DNA of 64,000 nt from Bacteroidota bacterium (GCA_037127755.1 JBAXXT010000004.1:20179-84178); one strand, 5' to 3'. Counted from the stretch's first letter, positions 51,773-61,910 are shown. The notes: generated by a model not told the origin, from the letters alone. Numbers and translations: made by a program.

Positions 51773-54214
51773 TTAGGCTTTTGTTTTAAAACTCAATGGC
51801 ATATTGAGTTTAACACTAAAGTTACGTCCCATATTAAATACACCCATCCTGCCCGTTACAGGATTAACATCCGTGTATTTTAAGCGACTCAAATGGCTCT
51901 GATATGCCACATCAGTAAGATTATTGATGCCAATATAAATACTGAAAACAATTTTCCCATCATGTACAAAATCTGTTCCAGCTCCGAAGTTTAGCAAGGT
52001 ATATCCAGGTGTGGCAGTTTCTGTATTATAAGCAGAAAATACCCTGTTTTGTGCAGCAACATTATCCAATTCCAGCTTCAAATAACTATTCCTTAAATAT
52101 TTATCTTTCTTATTAAAATTAGCCCTCAACACACTCAATAATCTTGGAGAAGGCACAAAAGGAATTTTATTTGTCCCTTCAAACTCCTGATTAAAATGGG
52201 CAGCCACTAATGAAAAATTATTTTCAAAGTGTAACCAGTCAAGTGGATGTGGATGGATATCAAGTTTTGCCTCAAAGCCATATAATGATGCTACTGCCTG
52301 GCGAAATTTGAAAGCAGTTAAATCGTTTCCACCTTGATTCACCAATGAATCACCGCCAAGTACAGATTCCAGTTTGCTGTAAAAAATATAGTTCTGTATA
52401 TTATTATAGAATGTACTAACAGCAAAACTAATATGGTCTTCATTATATTCGAAACCGGCATCGATCTGAAAAGCGGTTTCGGACTTTAAGTTTTGTTCTC
52501 CGTATTCAAAACGATTGGTTCCTGCATGAGCTCCATTACTTGCTAATTCAGAAACACTAGGAGCTCTATAACTTCTTGCCATATTTATTTTCCAAGTTAA
52601 AGACTCATTAACAGAATAACTGACCCCAATACTTCCACTTAGGTTTGAGAAGGAACGACTAAAATCATCAAATCGTGTTACGCCATTCTCCATATGGTTA
52701 AAACCATGCAAACTTCTATGATCGGCTCTTATACCACCGCTCAGCGTAACATCATTAAAGGTTTTTTTTGTATAAAAGAAAGCACCTACATCAAACAAAT
52801 TATATTCAGGAATGAGCACTTCTTTTGCAAGGTTTTGATTCTGTTGGTACATACCAGTAATTCCAATTGAATTAAGCCAGCCATTGTTTTCAGCGATATG
52901 ATATTGGAAATTATAATTAATAGTTTTTAAATCAAAGAAAAGATCAGGAACAAGTGGACTTGCCTGATCACCAAATTCCCTTCTTTTATTATCTTGGTAT
53001 CCTAAGTTTACTGTCATTCTTCCTCCAGGTACCACGAAATTATTATCACTCGAAATTTTAAAATGAGTAACATGTTGATAAGGTGTATAAAGGATTCTAC
53101 TATTCAACTCATCACTGGTAACTATATGTGAAAGAGGCGTTTCTGGGTACACAAGAAACTGCCCTGTATTTGCATCTCTTGCACCTTCAATAACTCCTAT
53201 ATGTTGATTGAAATTGCTTATGATGATATGGCTATAACCCCATGATTTATTGATGCCAATATAGCCTCCAAAATTTCTTTCATTGAACCTACTATTGAAA
53301 ACTTTTCCATCATATGCATTCTGATAATCACCCGCATTTTTATATGTGCCGTAAGCGTTGAAATTAAATCCGTTTTTCAAATGCCCTGCAAGATTCGCAT
53401 TCGTTCCAAACAAGCCATTATTTCCATTGAACGTGCCCATTATATTACCACTTATTATTCCTCTTTGAACAGGCACATTGGTAATCAAATGCACCACTCC
53501 TGCCATGGCATCGCTACCATAAAAAAGTGAAGCTGGACCTTTTAGAAGTTCTACTTTTTGAATACTGTATTCATCTACTTCAATGCCATGTTCATCTCCC
53601 CATTGTTGCCCCTCTTGTCTTACACCATCATGCACAGTTACTACACGGTTATATCCAAGTCCGCGAATGACAGGCTTACTAATTGCTGGTCCGGTTCCTA
53701 AACTTGCCACACCAGGTACCATTTTGCTGATTGCATCAATAATATTTGTTGAAGATGATTGCAATAAGTCGGATCTTTTAAGAATGGAGATTGGTTGAGA
53801 TGATAGTTTTGTTTTTGTTGCAGATGCCACGCCGGTAACTGTAACTTCTTCATGTTCCAGAACTGTTTCCGTCATGCTAAAATTCTTCTCTACTTTCCCG
53901 TTGATATTAATATTTTCAATGATTGTTGCAAAGCCTTGAAATGATATTTCTACCAGATATTTTCCAGCAGGGATTCCTTGACTAACAAAGAATCCTTTGC
54001 TATCAGAAATGGTTCCAGTTTTAGATTCATGAAAAAAAATGCTTGCACCAACAAGTGGATCGCCCGTTTTTTGATCAATTATTTTCCCGGTTAAAAATGA
54101 TTTATTATTTCCGGAAGGCGTATTACCTTTTACAGTATGTTGGTTTTGTTGAGCATTTGAAATGCCAATTAAGACAGTAAACCCAATAAACAACTGATAT
54201 ATAAAATTGCGCAT
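51773..54214 (-). CDS. TonB-dependent receptor
   Basis: Signal peptide, carboxypeptidase-regulatory-like domain, plug KPVIRGLGYNRV...RQEGQQWGDEHG, ELLKGPASLFYGSDA, C-terminal MGRNF. Confidence 0.95.
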   Translation of the reverse strand: MRNFIYQLFIGFTVLIGISNAQQNQHTVKGNTPSGNNKSFLTGKIIDQKTGDPLVGASIFFHESKTGTISDSKGFFVSQGIPAGKYLVEISFQGFATIIENININGKVEKNFSMTETVLEHEEVTVTGVASATKTKLSSQPISILKRSDLLQSSSTNIIDAISKMVPGVASLGTGPAISKPVIRGLGYNRVVTVHDGVRQEGQQWGDEHGIEVDEYSIQKVELLKGPASLFYGSDAMAGVVHLITNVPVQRGIISGNIMGTFNGNNGLFGTNANLAGHLKNGFNFNAYGTYKNAGDYQNAYDGKVFNSRFNERNFGGYIGINKSWGYSHIIISNFNQHIGVIEGARDANTGQFLVYPETPLSHIVTSDELNSRILYTPYQHVTHFKISSDNNFVVPGGRMTVNLGYQDNKRREFGDQASPLVPDLFFDLKTINYNFQYHIAENNGWLNSIGITGMYQQNQNLAKEVLIPEYNLFDVGAFFYTKKTFNDVTLSGGIRADHRSLHGFNHMENGVTRFDDFSRSFSNLSGSIGVSYSVNESLTWKINMARSYRAPSVSELASNGAHAGTNRFEYGEQNLKSETAFQIDAGFEYNEDHISFAVSTFYNNIQNYIFYSKLESVLGGDSLVNQGGNDLTAFKFRQAVASLYGFEAKLDIHPHPLDWLHFENNFSLVAAHFNQEFEGTNKIPFVPSPRLLSVLRANFNKKDKYLRNSYLKLELDNVAAQNRVFSAYNTETATPGYTLLNFGAGTDFVHDGKIVFSIYIGINNLTDVAYQSHLSRLKYTDVNPVTGRMGVFNMGRNFSVKLNMPLSFKTKA

Positions 54215-54508
54215 TGTAACATTTTAGAACTACTGACTAAAGTATTAAGCATGTAGTAAATGCTGATTCAAAAGCGAATCTAGGATTGCAAATATATTGT
54301 AGCATTAAAGATTCTATGTTCCATTTTACTATTTTAACGAATGTATATCAGTTAGTTCTTAACCAAAATCCTGCTGTTACCATTTCGATTTTTACAAATT
54401 TTTGACAAAAGTCCAGGTTTTTTTGAGGTTTTTAGCAATAATTCTGCTTTAGGATGCAGCAATTAAATGCATTTTATGTCTATATTTAGGGGAACTTAAA
54501 TTCCCCTC

Positions 54509-55087
54509 ATGACCGAACAGGCAATTATCTCGGGTTGTTTACACAATGACGTTGCTGCGCAACGGGAGTTGTATAACCGATATAGTCCTAAAATGCTCAG
54601 TGTTTGCTATCGCTTTGCTCAAAGTCGCGAAGACGGTGAGGATATGCTGCAAGAAGGATTTATCAAAGTATTCACCCAGATACATACTTTTCAAAATAAA
54701 GGTGCTTTTGAGGGATGGATTAGAAGAATCGTTGTTCATACTTGTATCAATTTCTTAAAAAAGTATAAGAAATTCAACGAAAGTGTTGATTTGGATTATG
54801 CAAGTTATTTACAAGTAAAAGAAGAAACGGTTCCCTCTATTATGCAGGCGCGCCAAATTGTTGAATGTATCAGATTGTTGCCATTAGGTTACCGAACGGT
54901 ATTGAATTTATATGCTTTGGAAGGTTATAGCCATAAAGAGATTGGCGCAATGTTGGACATCGAAGAGAGTACCAGCAGAAGCCAATACACCAGAGCCAAA
55001 ACAATGTTAGAAAATATCCTAATAAAAAAACAAATCATCGAAAGGCCAAAAGAGGAATTCAACTTATTGGCCACGTTGAAAAAATAG
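54509..55087 (+). CDS. ECF RNA polymerase sigma factor
   Basis: AQRELY, EDMLQEGFIKVF, FEGWIRRIVV (region 2); LYALEGYSHKEI and TSRSQYTRAK (region 4). Confidence 0.95.
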   Translation: MTEQAIISGCLHNDVAAQRELYNRYSPKMLSVCYRFAQSREDGEDMLQEGFIKVFTQIHTFQNKGAFEGWIRRIVVHTCINFLKKYKKFNESVDLDYASYLQVKEETVPSIMQARQIVECIRLLPLGYRTVLNLYALEGYSHKEIGAMLDIEESTSRSQYTRAKTMLENILIKKQIIERPKEEFNLLATLKK

Positions 55088-55104
55088 TTGCTGCTGCCCT
55101 GTAT

Positions 55105-56589
55105 ATGGATAACAATATGTACCAAGACGAATTGGAAGAATTTCTTCAGGATGAGGTGAAAGACCATCGAATGTATCCTTCTGACCAGATCTGGAGAAAT
55201 ATACAGAATGAGGTTCACGGTCCTCAAACTTGGCCAGCACTTACATTTATTTCCATTTTAATCATATCAGCACTTACTATAACTACGCTTATCAATAATC
55301 ATCCGGAACAGAAATCAGGCAAACTGGTTGTTCTTAAAAACGGGTCTGATAAAAAAATAATCCCAACAGAGCAGCCTTCTTTAATTTTAGAATTCAATGC
55401 TATTTCTGCTGAACATGTAACTGCTACTACTATTGCTCAAATTGAACAACAAAAATTAAAGGAGGAAGCCAATAGGGTTGTATCAGAAGCGCCAGTTATT
55501 CCTATCCGGTTTATAAAAGCAGTTGCAGCAACTGCTGTACCTGAACAAATATTGAAAGAAATCCAGCTACCTACAAAACCTTCTTTTTTAGAAGAATCAA
55601 ACCCAAATAATAGCACTACAACAACTGTCGTTAAGGGAGAGTCTACTGAGCATGCAAATTTTCTTTTCGATATGCCTGAATCAAATTCAGCCCTCGAATC
55701 AACAATAGGAATCAAAAAACTTTCAGCTGAAAATAATACCACTCAAAACAATGCTTTAGGGCAAATTGCTGAAAACAATAAAATCGAAACTACTGCAACC
55801 GACGAATACCTTAAAGAATTTGCCTATAAACCAATCACAACGGTAAGTGCAAAGAATTCTAAATTTGGCTTTGGCTTCTTTATCACACCTTCAACAAGCT
55901 ATCGAAGTTTATCAGACTTTAAAGCCAAAGAAATTCTGGGAACTGCTCCGGCAACAGCCCCTGTTGGTTTAAACTACACTACTAACATCAACGAAATTGT
56001 TCGTCATAAACCAGCTGTTGGTTTAGAACTAGGATTTGCAGTATTGTATAATATGTCAAACCGTATTAAATTCAAAACGGGTGTTCAATTTAATATCCGT
56101 CAATATTATATCGAAACTTTCCAATCATTGGCAGATGTAACTACCATATCATTGGTGAATAATCATGGTATAGAAAACGTAAGTGTTTTATCGCTTTATA
56201 ATAATAATAATGGATACCGTAATGCAGAATTGGACAATAAAATGTACCAGGTATCTATTCCAATCGGATTCCAATATGATATAATCAAAGGAAAGCACTT
56301 AGGCATTACAGCTGAAGCGTCTATTCAGCCAACTTTTACCTTGAATAAATCCTTGTATTTATTATCAACCGATTATAAGCACTATGCTGATGGCAATAGC
56401 TTAATGCGTAAATGGAATATCAATAGTTCATTGGGAATTAACCTTACCTACCAAACAGGTGTTTATCAATGGTTCTTAGGGCCACAGGCTAGATTCCAAC
56501 ACCTGCCTACCTATTCTAATAAATATCCGATCAAAGAGTACCTGATGGATTATGGTATTCGACTTGGCTTTATCAAACAGATTAAATAA
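55105..56589 (+). CDS. Putative anti-sigma factor with TM helix, long linker and C-terminal outer-membrane beta-barrel
   Basis: Short N-terminal P..IW..I helix, TM at about aa 43-63, T/S/E/N/P-rich linker, amphipathic beta-strands from about aa 253; 17 nt after the sigma gene. Confidence 0.75.
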   Translation: MDNNMYQDELEEFLQDEVKDHRMYPSDQIWRNIQNEVHGPQTWPALTFISILIISALTITTLINNHPEQKSGKLVVLKNGSDKKIIPTEQPSLILEFNAISAEHVTATTIAQIEQQKLKEEANRVVSEAPVIPIRFIKAVAATAVPEQILKEIQLPTKPSFLEESNPNNSTTTTVVKGESTEHANFLFDMPESNSALESTIGIKKLSAENNTTQNNALGQIAENNKIETTATDEYLKEFAYKPITTVSAKNSKFGFGFFITPSTSYRSLSDFKAKEILGTAPATAPVGLNYTTNINEIVRHKPAVGLELGFAVLYNMSNRIKFKTGVQFNIRQYYIETFQSLADVTTISLVNNHGIENVSVLSLYNNNNGYRNAELDNKMYQVSIPIGFQYDIIKGKHLGITAEASIQPTFTLNKSLYLLSTDYKHYADGNSLMRKWNINSSLGINLTYQTGVYQWFLGPQARFQHLPTYSNKYPIKEYLMDYGIRLGFIKQIK

Positions 56590-56667
56590 TTTATCATCAC
56601 TTTGTTAAAGCAGTACCATCATTTGAAAAAATTGATGGCACTTACCTGCTTTTGAATATTTTTGGCT

Positions 56668-57246
56668 ATGAAAAATTGTATCTTCTTTATTGTGATTCTG
56701 TTTGTAATGGCAGGTTGCAAGAATAAAAAAGCTATTAAAAATGAAATTCCGAATTCAGATACTACAAAATTCTACGCCCTTCATAATTTCTTTAAAGAAC
56801 AAATTGTAGATGTTGATTTACGGGCATACCCTATTTATTTAATAAAAGAACAAAACGGAAAAAGAGATTCTATAGGAGTTGATAAAGAATTATTTAAATC
56901 CATGGCTTCTGCATTTTTAAATAAAGATATTAGCACTCCTGAAATGCATGATAAATTCACAGAATCTGTTTTTCATGATTTAAGTACTAATAGTTACACT
57001 TTAAATTATCGACCAAAGTCGGTAGATGAACCCATTCAAAACATTGATATTTTATTGGATGAAAATACCAATATTGTAAAACGTGTTTTTATCAGGATTG
57101 AAACCATGAAAAAAGACACCAGTATTATTGAACAATGGAACTGGAAAGCAGATAAAAGTTTTCAGATCAATCGATTTTCCAAAACGCCTTCTGGTTATGT
57201 GTCCAATGAATTTAATTATGTCAATTGGAATGATCGAAAAAAATGA
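56668..57246 (+). CDS. Hypothetical lipoprotein
   Basis: MKN...hydrophobic stretch, lipobox MAGC; start ATG 56668. Confidence 0.8.
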   Translation: MKNCIFFIVILFVMAGCKNKKAIKNEIPNSDTTKFYALHNFFKEQIVDVDLRAYPIYLIKEQNGKRDSIGVDKELFKSMASAFLNKDISTPEMHDKFTESVFHDLSTNSYTLNYRPKSVDEPIQNIDILLDENTNIVKRVFIRIETMKKDTSIIEQWNWKADKSFQINRFSKTPSGYVSNEFNYVNWNDRKK

Positions 57247-57255
57247 TAGCGCAGG

Positions 57256-59076
57256 ATGACAGCAACTGAGTTTCAAAAAATAGCACACACAATTCCCACA
57301 AATCCTGGTATTTATAAATACTATGACAGCAATGATGTGTTATTATATGTAGGAAAAGCAAAAGACCTTCGCAAGCGTGTTAGCTCTTATTTTTCAAAGA
57401 CATTCACCACATATAAAACACACGAACTTGTAATTCGAATCAAAAAAATTCAATTCACCATTGTTGATTCAGAGCAGGATGCATTTTTATTGGAAAATTC
57501 TTTGATCAAAGAATATCAGCCCAAATACAATATTAATTTAAAGGACGATAAAACTTATCCTTTTATTGTAATTAAGAAAGAGCCTTATCCAAGGGTATTT
57601 CTAACCCGTAATAAAATAAACGATGGTTCAGAATATCTGGGACCATTCACTTCTGCAGGTAATGTGCGTGAACTTATTTCCTTTATAAAACAATTTATAC
57701 CACTTAGAACCTGTAAACTTCCTTTAACAGAATCAAATATTCAAAAAGGAAAATTTAAGGTTTGTCTTGAATATCATTTAGGCAATTGTAAAGCACCTTG
57801 TGTGGCTTTACAAAATGCATCTGATTATGATGATGGTTTACAACAAATGCGCAACATGCTAAAAGGAAATCTAAATCCTGTAATTGCTCATTTCAAAAGA
57901 GAAATGCAACAATCAGCTTCAGATATGGCCTTTGAAAAAGCAGAGCTGATGCGCAAAAAAATTGAGCACTTAGAAAACTATGAGGCGAAATCAATAATAG
58001 TTAGTAAACATCTTTCCAATTTGGATGTCTTCTCTATTGTAAGAGAAGCACAATGGGGATATGTAAACTATTTGATGGTACAAAATGGAACAATCGTTCA
58101 AACACATACGGTTCCTTTAGAAACTAAACTTGAGGAAACCGACGAGGAGGTTTTGAGTTTTGCAGTAGCAAATTTGCGAAGCACATTTAATAGCTTATCA
58201 AACGAGATTATTGTTCCTTTTGCAATAGACTACCCAGACCCAGCAATAACCATCACCATCCCAAAAGCTGGTGATAAAAAGAAGCTACTGGAACTCTCCG
58301 AAAAAAACGTGTATTATTTCAAAGAAGCATTACACAGAAAACAATTATTGCACTTAGAAGGCAAAACAGATCAGGAAAAGAAAAAAGTCTTGTACGAGTT
58401 ACAGGATTATTTACAGCTTTCAGAACTGCCTACCCATATCGAGTGTTTTGATAATAGTAATTTTCAGGGAAGCTTTCCAGTTTCCGCAATGGTATGTTTC
58501 AAAGATGGTATGCCAAGTAAGAACGACTACCGACACTATAATGTAAAAACGGTTGTAGGCATCAATGATTTCGCAACCATGACAGAAGTCGTTTACAGGC
58601 GATATAAGCGGGTACTGGACGAATCTCTCCCAATACCTCAATTGATAATCATTGATGGAGGCAAGGGGCAATTAAGCGCTGCTATGGAGAGCATTCATAA
58701 GTTGGGCTTGCATGGTAGAACAACGGTAGTGGGTTTAGCAAAAAACGAAGAAGAATTATTTTTTCCTGGTGATAGTAGCTCTATCAAAATGCCTTGGGAT
58801 AGCGATAGTTTAAAACTAGTAAGAAGAATCAGAGATGAAGTGCATCGCTTTGGAATAACATTTCATAGAAATCAAAGGTCGAAAGGAAGTTTTAAAAATG
58901 AATTAGAGACGATCACTGGAATTGGCAAACAAACTGCAGAACAATTATTGAAACAGTTTAAGTCTGTAAAAAATGTAAGGGAGCAATCGCTCAATAATTT
59001 AAGTAGTGTTATAGGGCCTCAGAAAGCAGGATTGATTTTTACTCATTTTAACCAATCTGAAGAGGAGAAAACATAA
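57256..59076 (+). CDS. uvrC: Excinuclease ABC subunit C
   Basis: GIY-YIG (PGIYKY...YVGKAKDLRKRV), HIECFDNS, IIDGGKGQL, RDEVHRF and HhH (GIGK). Confidence 0.98.
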   Translation: MTATEFQKIAHTIPTNPGIYKYYDSNDVLLYVGKAKDLRKRVSSYFSKTFTTYKTHELVIRIKKIQFTIVDSEQDAFLLENSLIKEYQPKYNINLKDDKTYPFIVIKKEPYPRVFLTRNKINDGSEYLGPFTSAGNVRELISFIKQFIPLRTCKLPLTESNIQKGKFKVCLEYHLGNCKAPCVALQNASDYDDGLQQMRNMLKGNLNPVIAHFKREMQQSASDMAFEKAELMRKKIEHLENYEAKSIIVSKHLSNLDVFSIVREAQWGYVNYLMVQNGTIVQTHTVPLETKLEETDEEVLSFAVANLRSTFNSLSNEIIVPFAIDYPDPAITITIPKAGDKKKLLELSEKNVYYFKEALHRKQLLHLEGKTDQEKKKVLYELQDYLQLSELPTHIECFDNSNFQGSFPVSAMVCFKDGMPSKNDYRHYNVKTVVGINDFATMTEVVYRRYKRVLDESLPIPQLIIIDGGKGQLSAAMESIHKLGLHGRTTVVGLAKNEEELFFPGDSSSIKMPWDSDSLKLVRRIRDEVHRFGITFHRNQRSKGSFKNELETITGIGKQTAEQLLKQFKSVKNVREQSLNNLSSVIGPQKAGLIFTHFNQSEEEKT

Positions 59077-59105
59077 AAAAGGGGCCAGGATGAACATCCA
59101 GCCCC
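59075..59105 (-). terminator. Minus-strand intrinsic terminator just beyond the uvrC stop
   Basis: GGGGCTGGATG-TT-CATCCTGGCCCC followed by T6; the stem pairs better on the minus strand (G-U). Confidence 0.7.
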
Positions 59106-59135
59106 GTTTTAAAATCCAATATCCTATGAAAAACC
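59075..59135 (-). ncRNA. Candidate small RNA (about 60 nt)
   Basis: Lies between the gldN terminator and a second minus-strand terminator; -7-like TAACTTAG at 59140-59147. Inference only. Confidence 0.3.
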
Positions 59136-59213
59136 ATAACTAAGTTAAGTAATCTATTGCATTAAAAAAAGAGAACTTACTCTAAAAACCGCATTTTTTT
59201 GACGATTTTCAAA

Positions 59214-59241
59214 AAAAAAGAGGCAAAATTGCCTCTTTTTT
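59214..59241. terminator. Terminator after gldN
   Basis: AAAAAAGAGGC-AAAATT-GCCTCTTTTTT. Confidence 0.85.
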
Positions 59242-59262
59242 AAAAATTATATGTTGGTTAAA

Positions 59263-60351
59263 CTAGTATGCCCAAAGATCCTGTTCGTAATTGAATATCT
59301 TCTCTTTGATATTTTGTCCTTCTAACAAACGCATTAAAGGATCTTTAATTAACCCATTTAAGTATTTATCTCCAGGATTATTAATGGTTGATTTAATCAC
59401 ATATCCTGAAAAATAGCGGCTTTCAAATAGTTCTTCCCACGACATCCGCCCTGCATAGTTCTTTGGATTGTATACTTCGTATTTAACCAATGATTTTCTT
59501 AAGTCGGGATAATAAATCCAAAACAAAGTTCTTGGTTGAGATTTTCCGGCCACAACTTGTTTTGCGATCGGAGCAATTCCAATAATTCTGCAAGTCATTT
59601 TACTTGATTCTTTATCGAAGATCCACTGTTCTTTAACGCGGAATGTATAAACAGAATCAGGAGCAAATCTAGGTTTTCTAGTAATCACCCTTTCTATCAC
59701 GCCACTCACTGGATCTGCAACATCAACAGTATCTAAAGCACCAGCAGTAAGATTAGCCACCTGTTCGGCAGTTAGTGGTGTTTTGAATAAATCGTTGTCA
59801 GGAGAAAATGCTACAACACTATCATACTTAATTGCATTCAATAAAATAGTAAAAAAGCGTTGATCTCCATTGTCGTCTTTACCAGGATACATAAAGCCTT
59901 GATTCATTTTTTCATGTCCATCAATTTCTTCCCAGACAAACTGACTCCAGACCTGATCATCCTCACGTATATAATCATACTCTAGGGGTTTTCTGTCTTT
60001 TGTCAATTGACGTTCAACTGCATAGTTGCTTCTCAAAGAAACTTCTTGTTTCGTATCAAATCCGCCAACAATAGTGGTATCGAATCTAATATTGACGGTA
60101 GAACTTGGAGGAGGCGTACTTGTTACAGCACCCGTGGCAGGTCTGGTTGTATCTGGAGATACAGCATTTGCTGCATTACTATTTAAATACGCAGACTTAG
60201 CTCTTGGTTTTGCATTTGTATTCGTAGCTGGTGCAGTGGTAGCCGGTGCTGCGGTTGTTTTTGCGCCAGCTGTCTTGTATTTTGATTGAGCATGCACCAT
60301 AGCATTCATCCCAACAAAAAACACCAAACCAAATACTATTAATTTTTTCAT
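59263..60351 (-). CDS. gldN: Gliding motility/T9SS protein GldN (PorN)
   Basis: YDYIREDDQVW, WIFDKESSKM..RIIGIAP, FWIYYPDLR, WEELFESRYF and IFNYEQDLWAY motifs. Confidence 0.95.
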   Translation of the reverse strand: MKKLIVFGLVFFVGMNAMVHAQSKYKTAGAKTTAAPATTAPATNTNAKPRAKSAYLNSNAANAVSPDTTRPATGAVTSTPPPSSTVNIRFDTTIVGGFDTKQEVSLRSNYAVERQLTKDRKPLEYDYIREDDQVWSQFVWEEIDGHEKMNQGFMYPGKDDNGDQRFFTILLNAIKYDSVVAFSPDNDLFKTPLTAEQVANLTAGALDTVDVADPVSGVIERVITRKPRFAPDSVYTFRVKEQWIFDKESSKMTCRIIGIAPIAKQVVAGKSQPRTLFWIYYPDLRKSLVKYEVYNPKNYAGRMSWEELFESRYFSGYVIKSTINNPGDKYLNGLIKDPLMRLLEGQNIKEKIFNYEQDLWAY

Positions 60352-60359
60352 ACCCACAT

Positions 60360-61910
60360 TTATTGAAGTGTAAACGAAATATTTTGATCTAATTGTCTAT
60401 TACCACCAGGTCCTTTCACTTTAATTTCATCAATTACAACGGTTGAACCAGGTTGACATCTTTTAAGTAAAGTTTGCGCATCCGAATTAAAATAATAGCC
60501 AGTTACTTCTGCAACGCCCAATCCATCATCAAACCCCTTACCTGTGCAGATTAATGTAAAAGATGTAACCTCATATCTAACGCCTTCGAAAACGAAATCA
60601 CGTAATTCAGCAGCAACTCCTTTTTGAACCCGGAAAACATTGGCCGCAATGGGTCCACCTGCTTTTCCACCCACTGTTGCCAATGGATCTGGAACTCTCT
60701 TAATAGGTATCGTAATTTTTTGAGTGGTTTTGCCATCCGAAGCGGTAACGATAGCAGAACCCAAGTTATTACAACTAACAATATACTGACCAGGTCCGTC
60801 TTTTCTAGAACTCACCCCATTCCCATCAACAGATACTTTTACTTTTTCATCGCCTCCACCACCTGTTACACTCAATGGATTATCAAGACCTTGATAAAAT
60901 ACGCGGGTTTTATCAGTAGATACAACCAATCCTGAAGGAACGCCAACCGTATATCTTACTTCTTTATCAACCTTAGCAATAGTACCATCAGGTTTCACAA
61001 AAGAAATGCTTACTTTTTTAACTGCAGAACCAGAGCCACTTACCGTAGTTTTATATTCAGCAGATCCATCTTCTTTAACAGCTATTGTAGCACCATCAAT
61101 TGAAATATTAGGTTTCGCTGCTTTACTAAAAGCACCGATACCAGCAGTAATAATTAATTCTTCACCAGGCATTAAATACTGAGAGTTTGTTCCAGCGAAT
61201 GCTTGAAACTCATCATAAATCAACTCAACTTCTCCAATCTCTTTATGACAATATTCTACAACTTGTGCTTCACTATTTTTAATGTCGTTTTGAAACTTAC
61301 TCAAAATGGTAATCGCTGCAATTGTAGGTGTCATGTGAAAATACAGATACGCCATATTGTCTTTAACAGCAGCATTTTTGGTAGGAGGTGGAGTTAAATC
61401 TAAAGGCAAAGTGGGTCCGATTTCTTTTGCCACATCTTTATCAATGGCTAACAAATCTTCTTTATATTTTTTCAGTTTATCGAATAATATTTTACCCTTT
61501 CCTTTTCCAGTTGGAGCATTTTCAACTAATAAACGAGTAGCAGCTTCCAGATCATCTTCTTTATAATCTTCTACACCATCTACAAGTTTTAAACCAGACT
61601 CTTGCTTTAATTCAAGCTTTAATGCATCAATATATGCATATAGTTCATCGGACAAACCCTTGGCTTTTTGGGCTTTTGGCATCCAGATCTCAGCTTTTTC
61701 TTTTGTCTTAGGGTCTTCTAATTTTTTCTGAAATGACTTGAAGATATCAACGTTCTTTTTCTCCACCATTGAACTAGCGGTGTTCAAGCTGTTATTCACA
61801 GTTTTGAATGCGTTCAAGATTTCGTTAGAAACATTCAGTGCCAGTAATGCAGTAAGCACTAGGTACATCATGTTGATCATCTTCTGCCGCGGCTCCTTAG
61901 GTAATGACAT
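60360..61910 (-). CDS. gldM: Gliding motility/T9SS protein GldM (PorM)
   Basis: MSLPKEPRQKMINMMYLVLTALLALNVSNEILNAF N-terminus. Confidence 0.97.
   Translation of the reverse strand: MSLPKEPRQKMINMMYLVLTALLALNVSNEILNAFKTVNNSLNTASSMVEKKNVDIFKSFQKKLEDPKTKEKAEIWMPKAQKAKGLSDELYAYIDALKLELKQESGLKLVDGVEDYKEDDLEAATRLLVENAPTGKGKGKILFDKLKKYKEDLLAIDKDVAKEIGPTLPLDLTPPPTKNAAVKDNMAYLYFHMTPTIAAITILSKFQNDIKNSEAQVVEYCHKEIGEVELIYDEFQAFAGTNSQYLMPGEELIITAGIGAFSKAAKPNISIDGATIAVKEDGSAEYKTTVSGSGSAVKKVSISFVKPDGTIAKVDKEVRYTVGVPSGLVVSTDKTRVFYQGLDNPLSVTGGGGDEKVKVSVDGNGVSSRKDGPGQYIVSCNNLGSAIVTASDGKTTQKITIPIKRVPDPLATVGGKAGGPIAANVFRVQKGVAAELRDFVFEGVRYEVTSFTLICTGKGFDDGLGVAEVTGYYFNSDAQTLLKRCQPGSTVVIDEIKVKGPGGNRQLDQNISFTLQ

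Noticed and set aside
51788-51812. Hairpin AAACTCAAT/ATTGAGTTT near the TBDR 3' end
   Set aside because: Inside the CDS, AT-rich and weak; the downstream gene is only 8 nt away
54215-54508. Cobalamin or other riboswitch upstream of the TBDR
   Set aside because: No B12-box or GGGAA/GCCCCCGC-type conserved elements; the region is AT-rich
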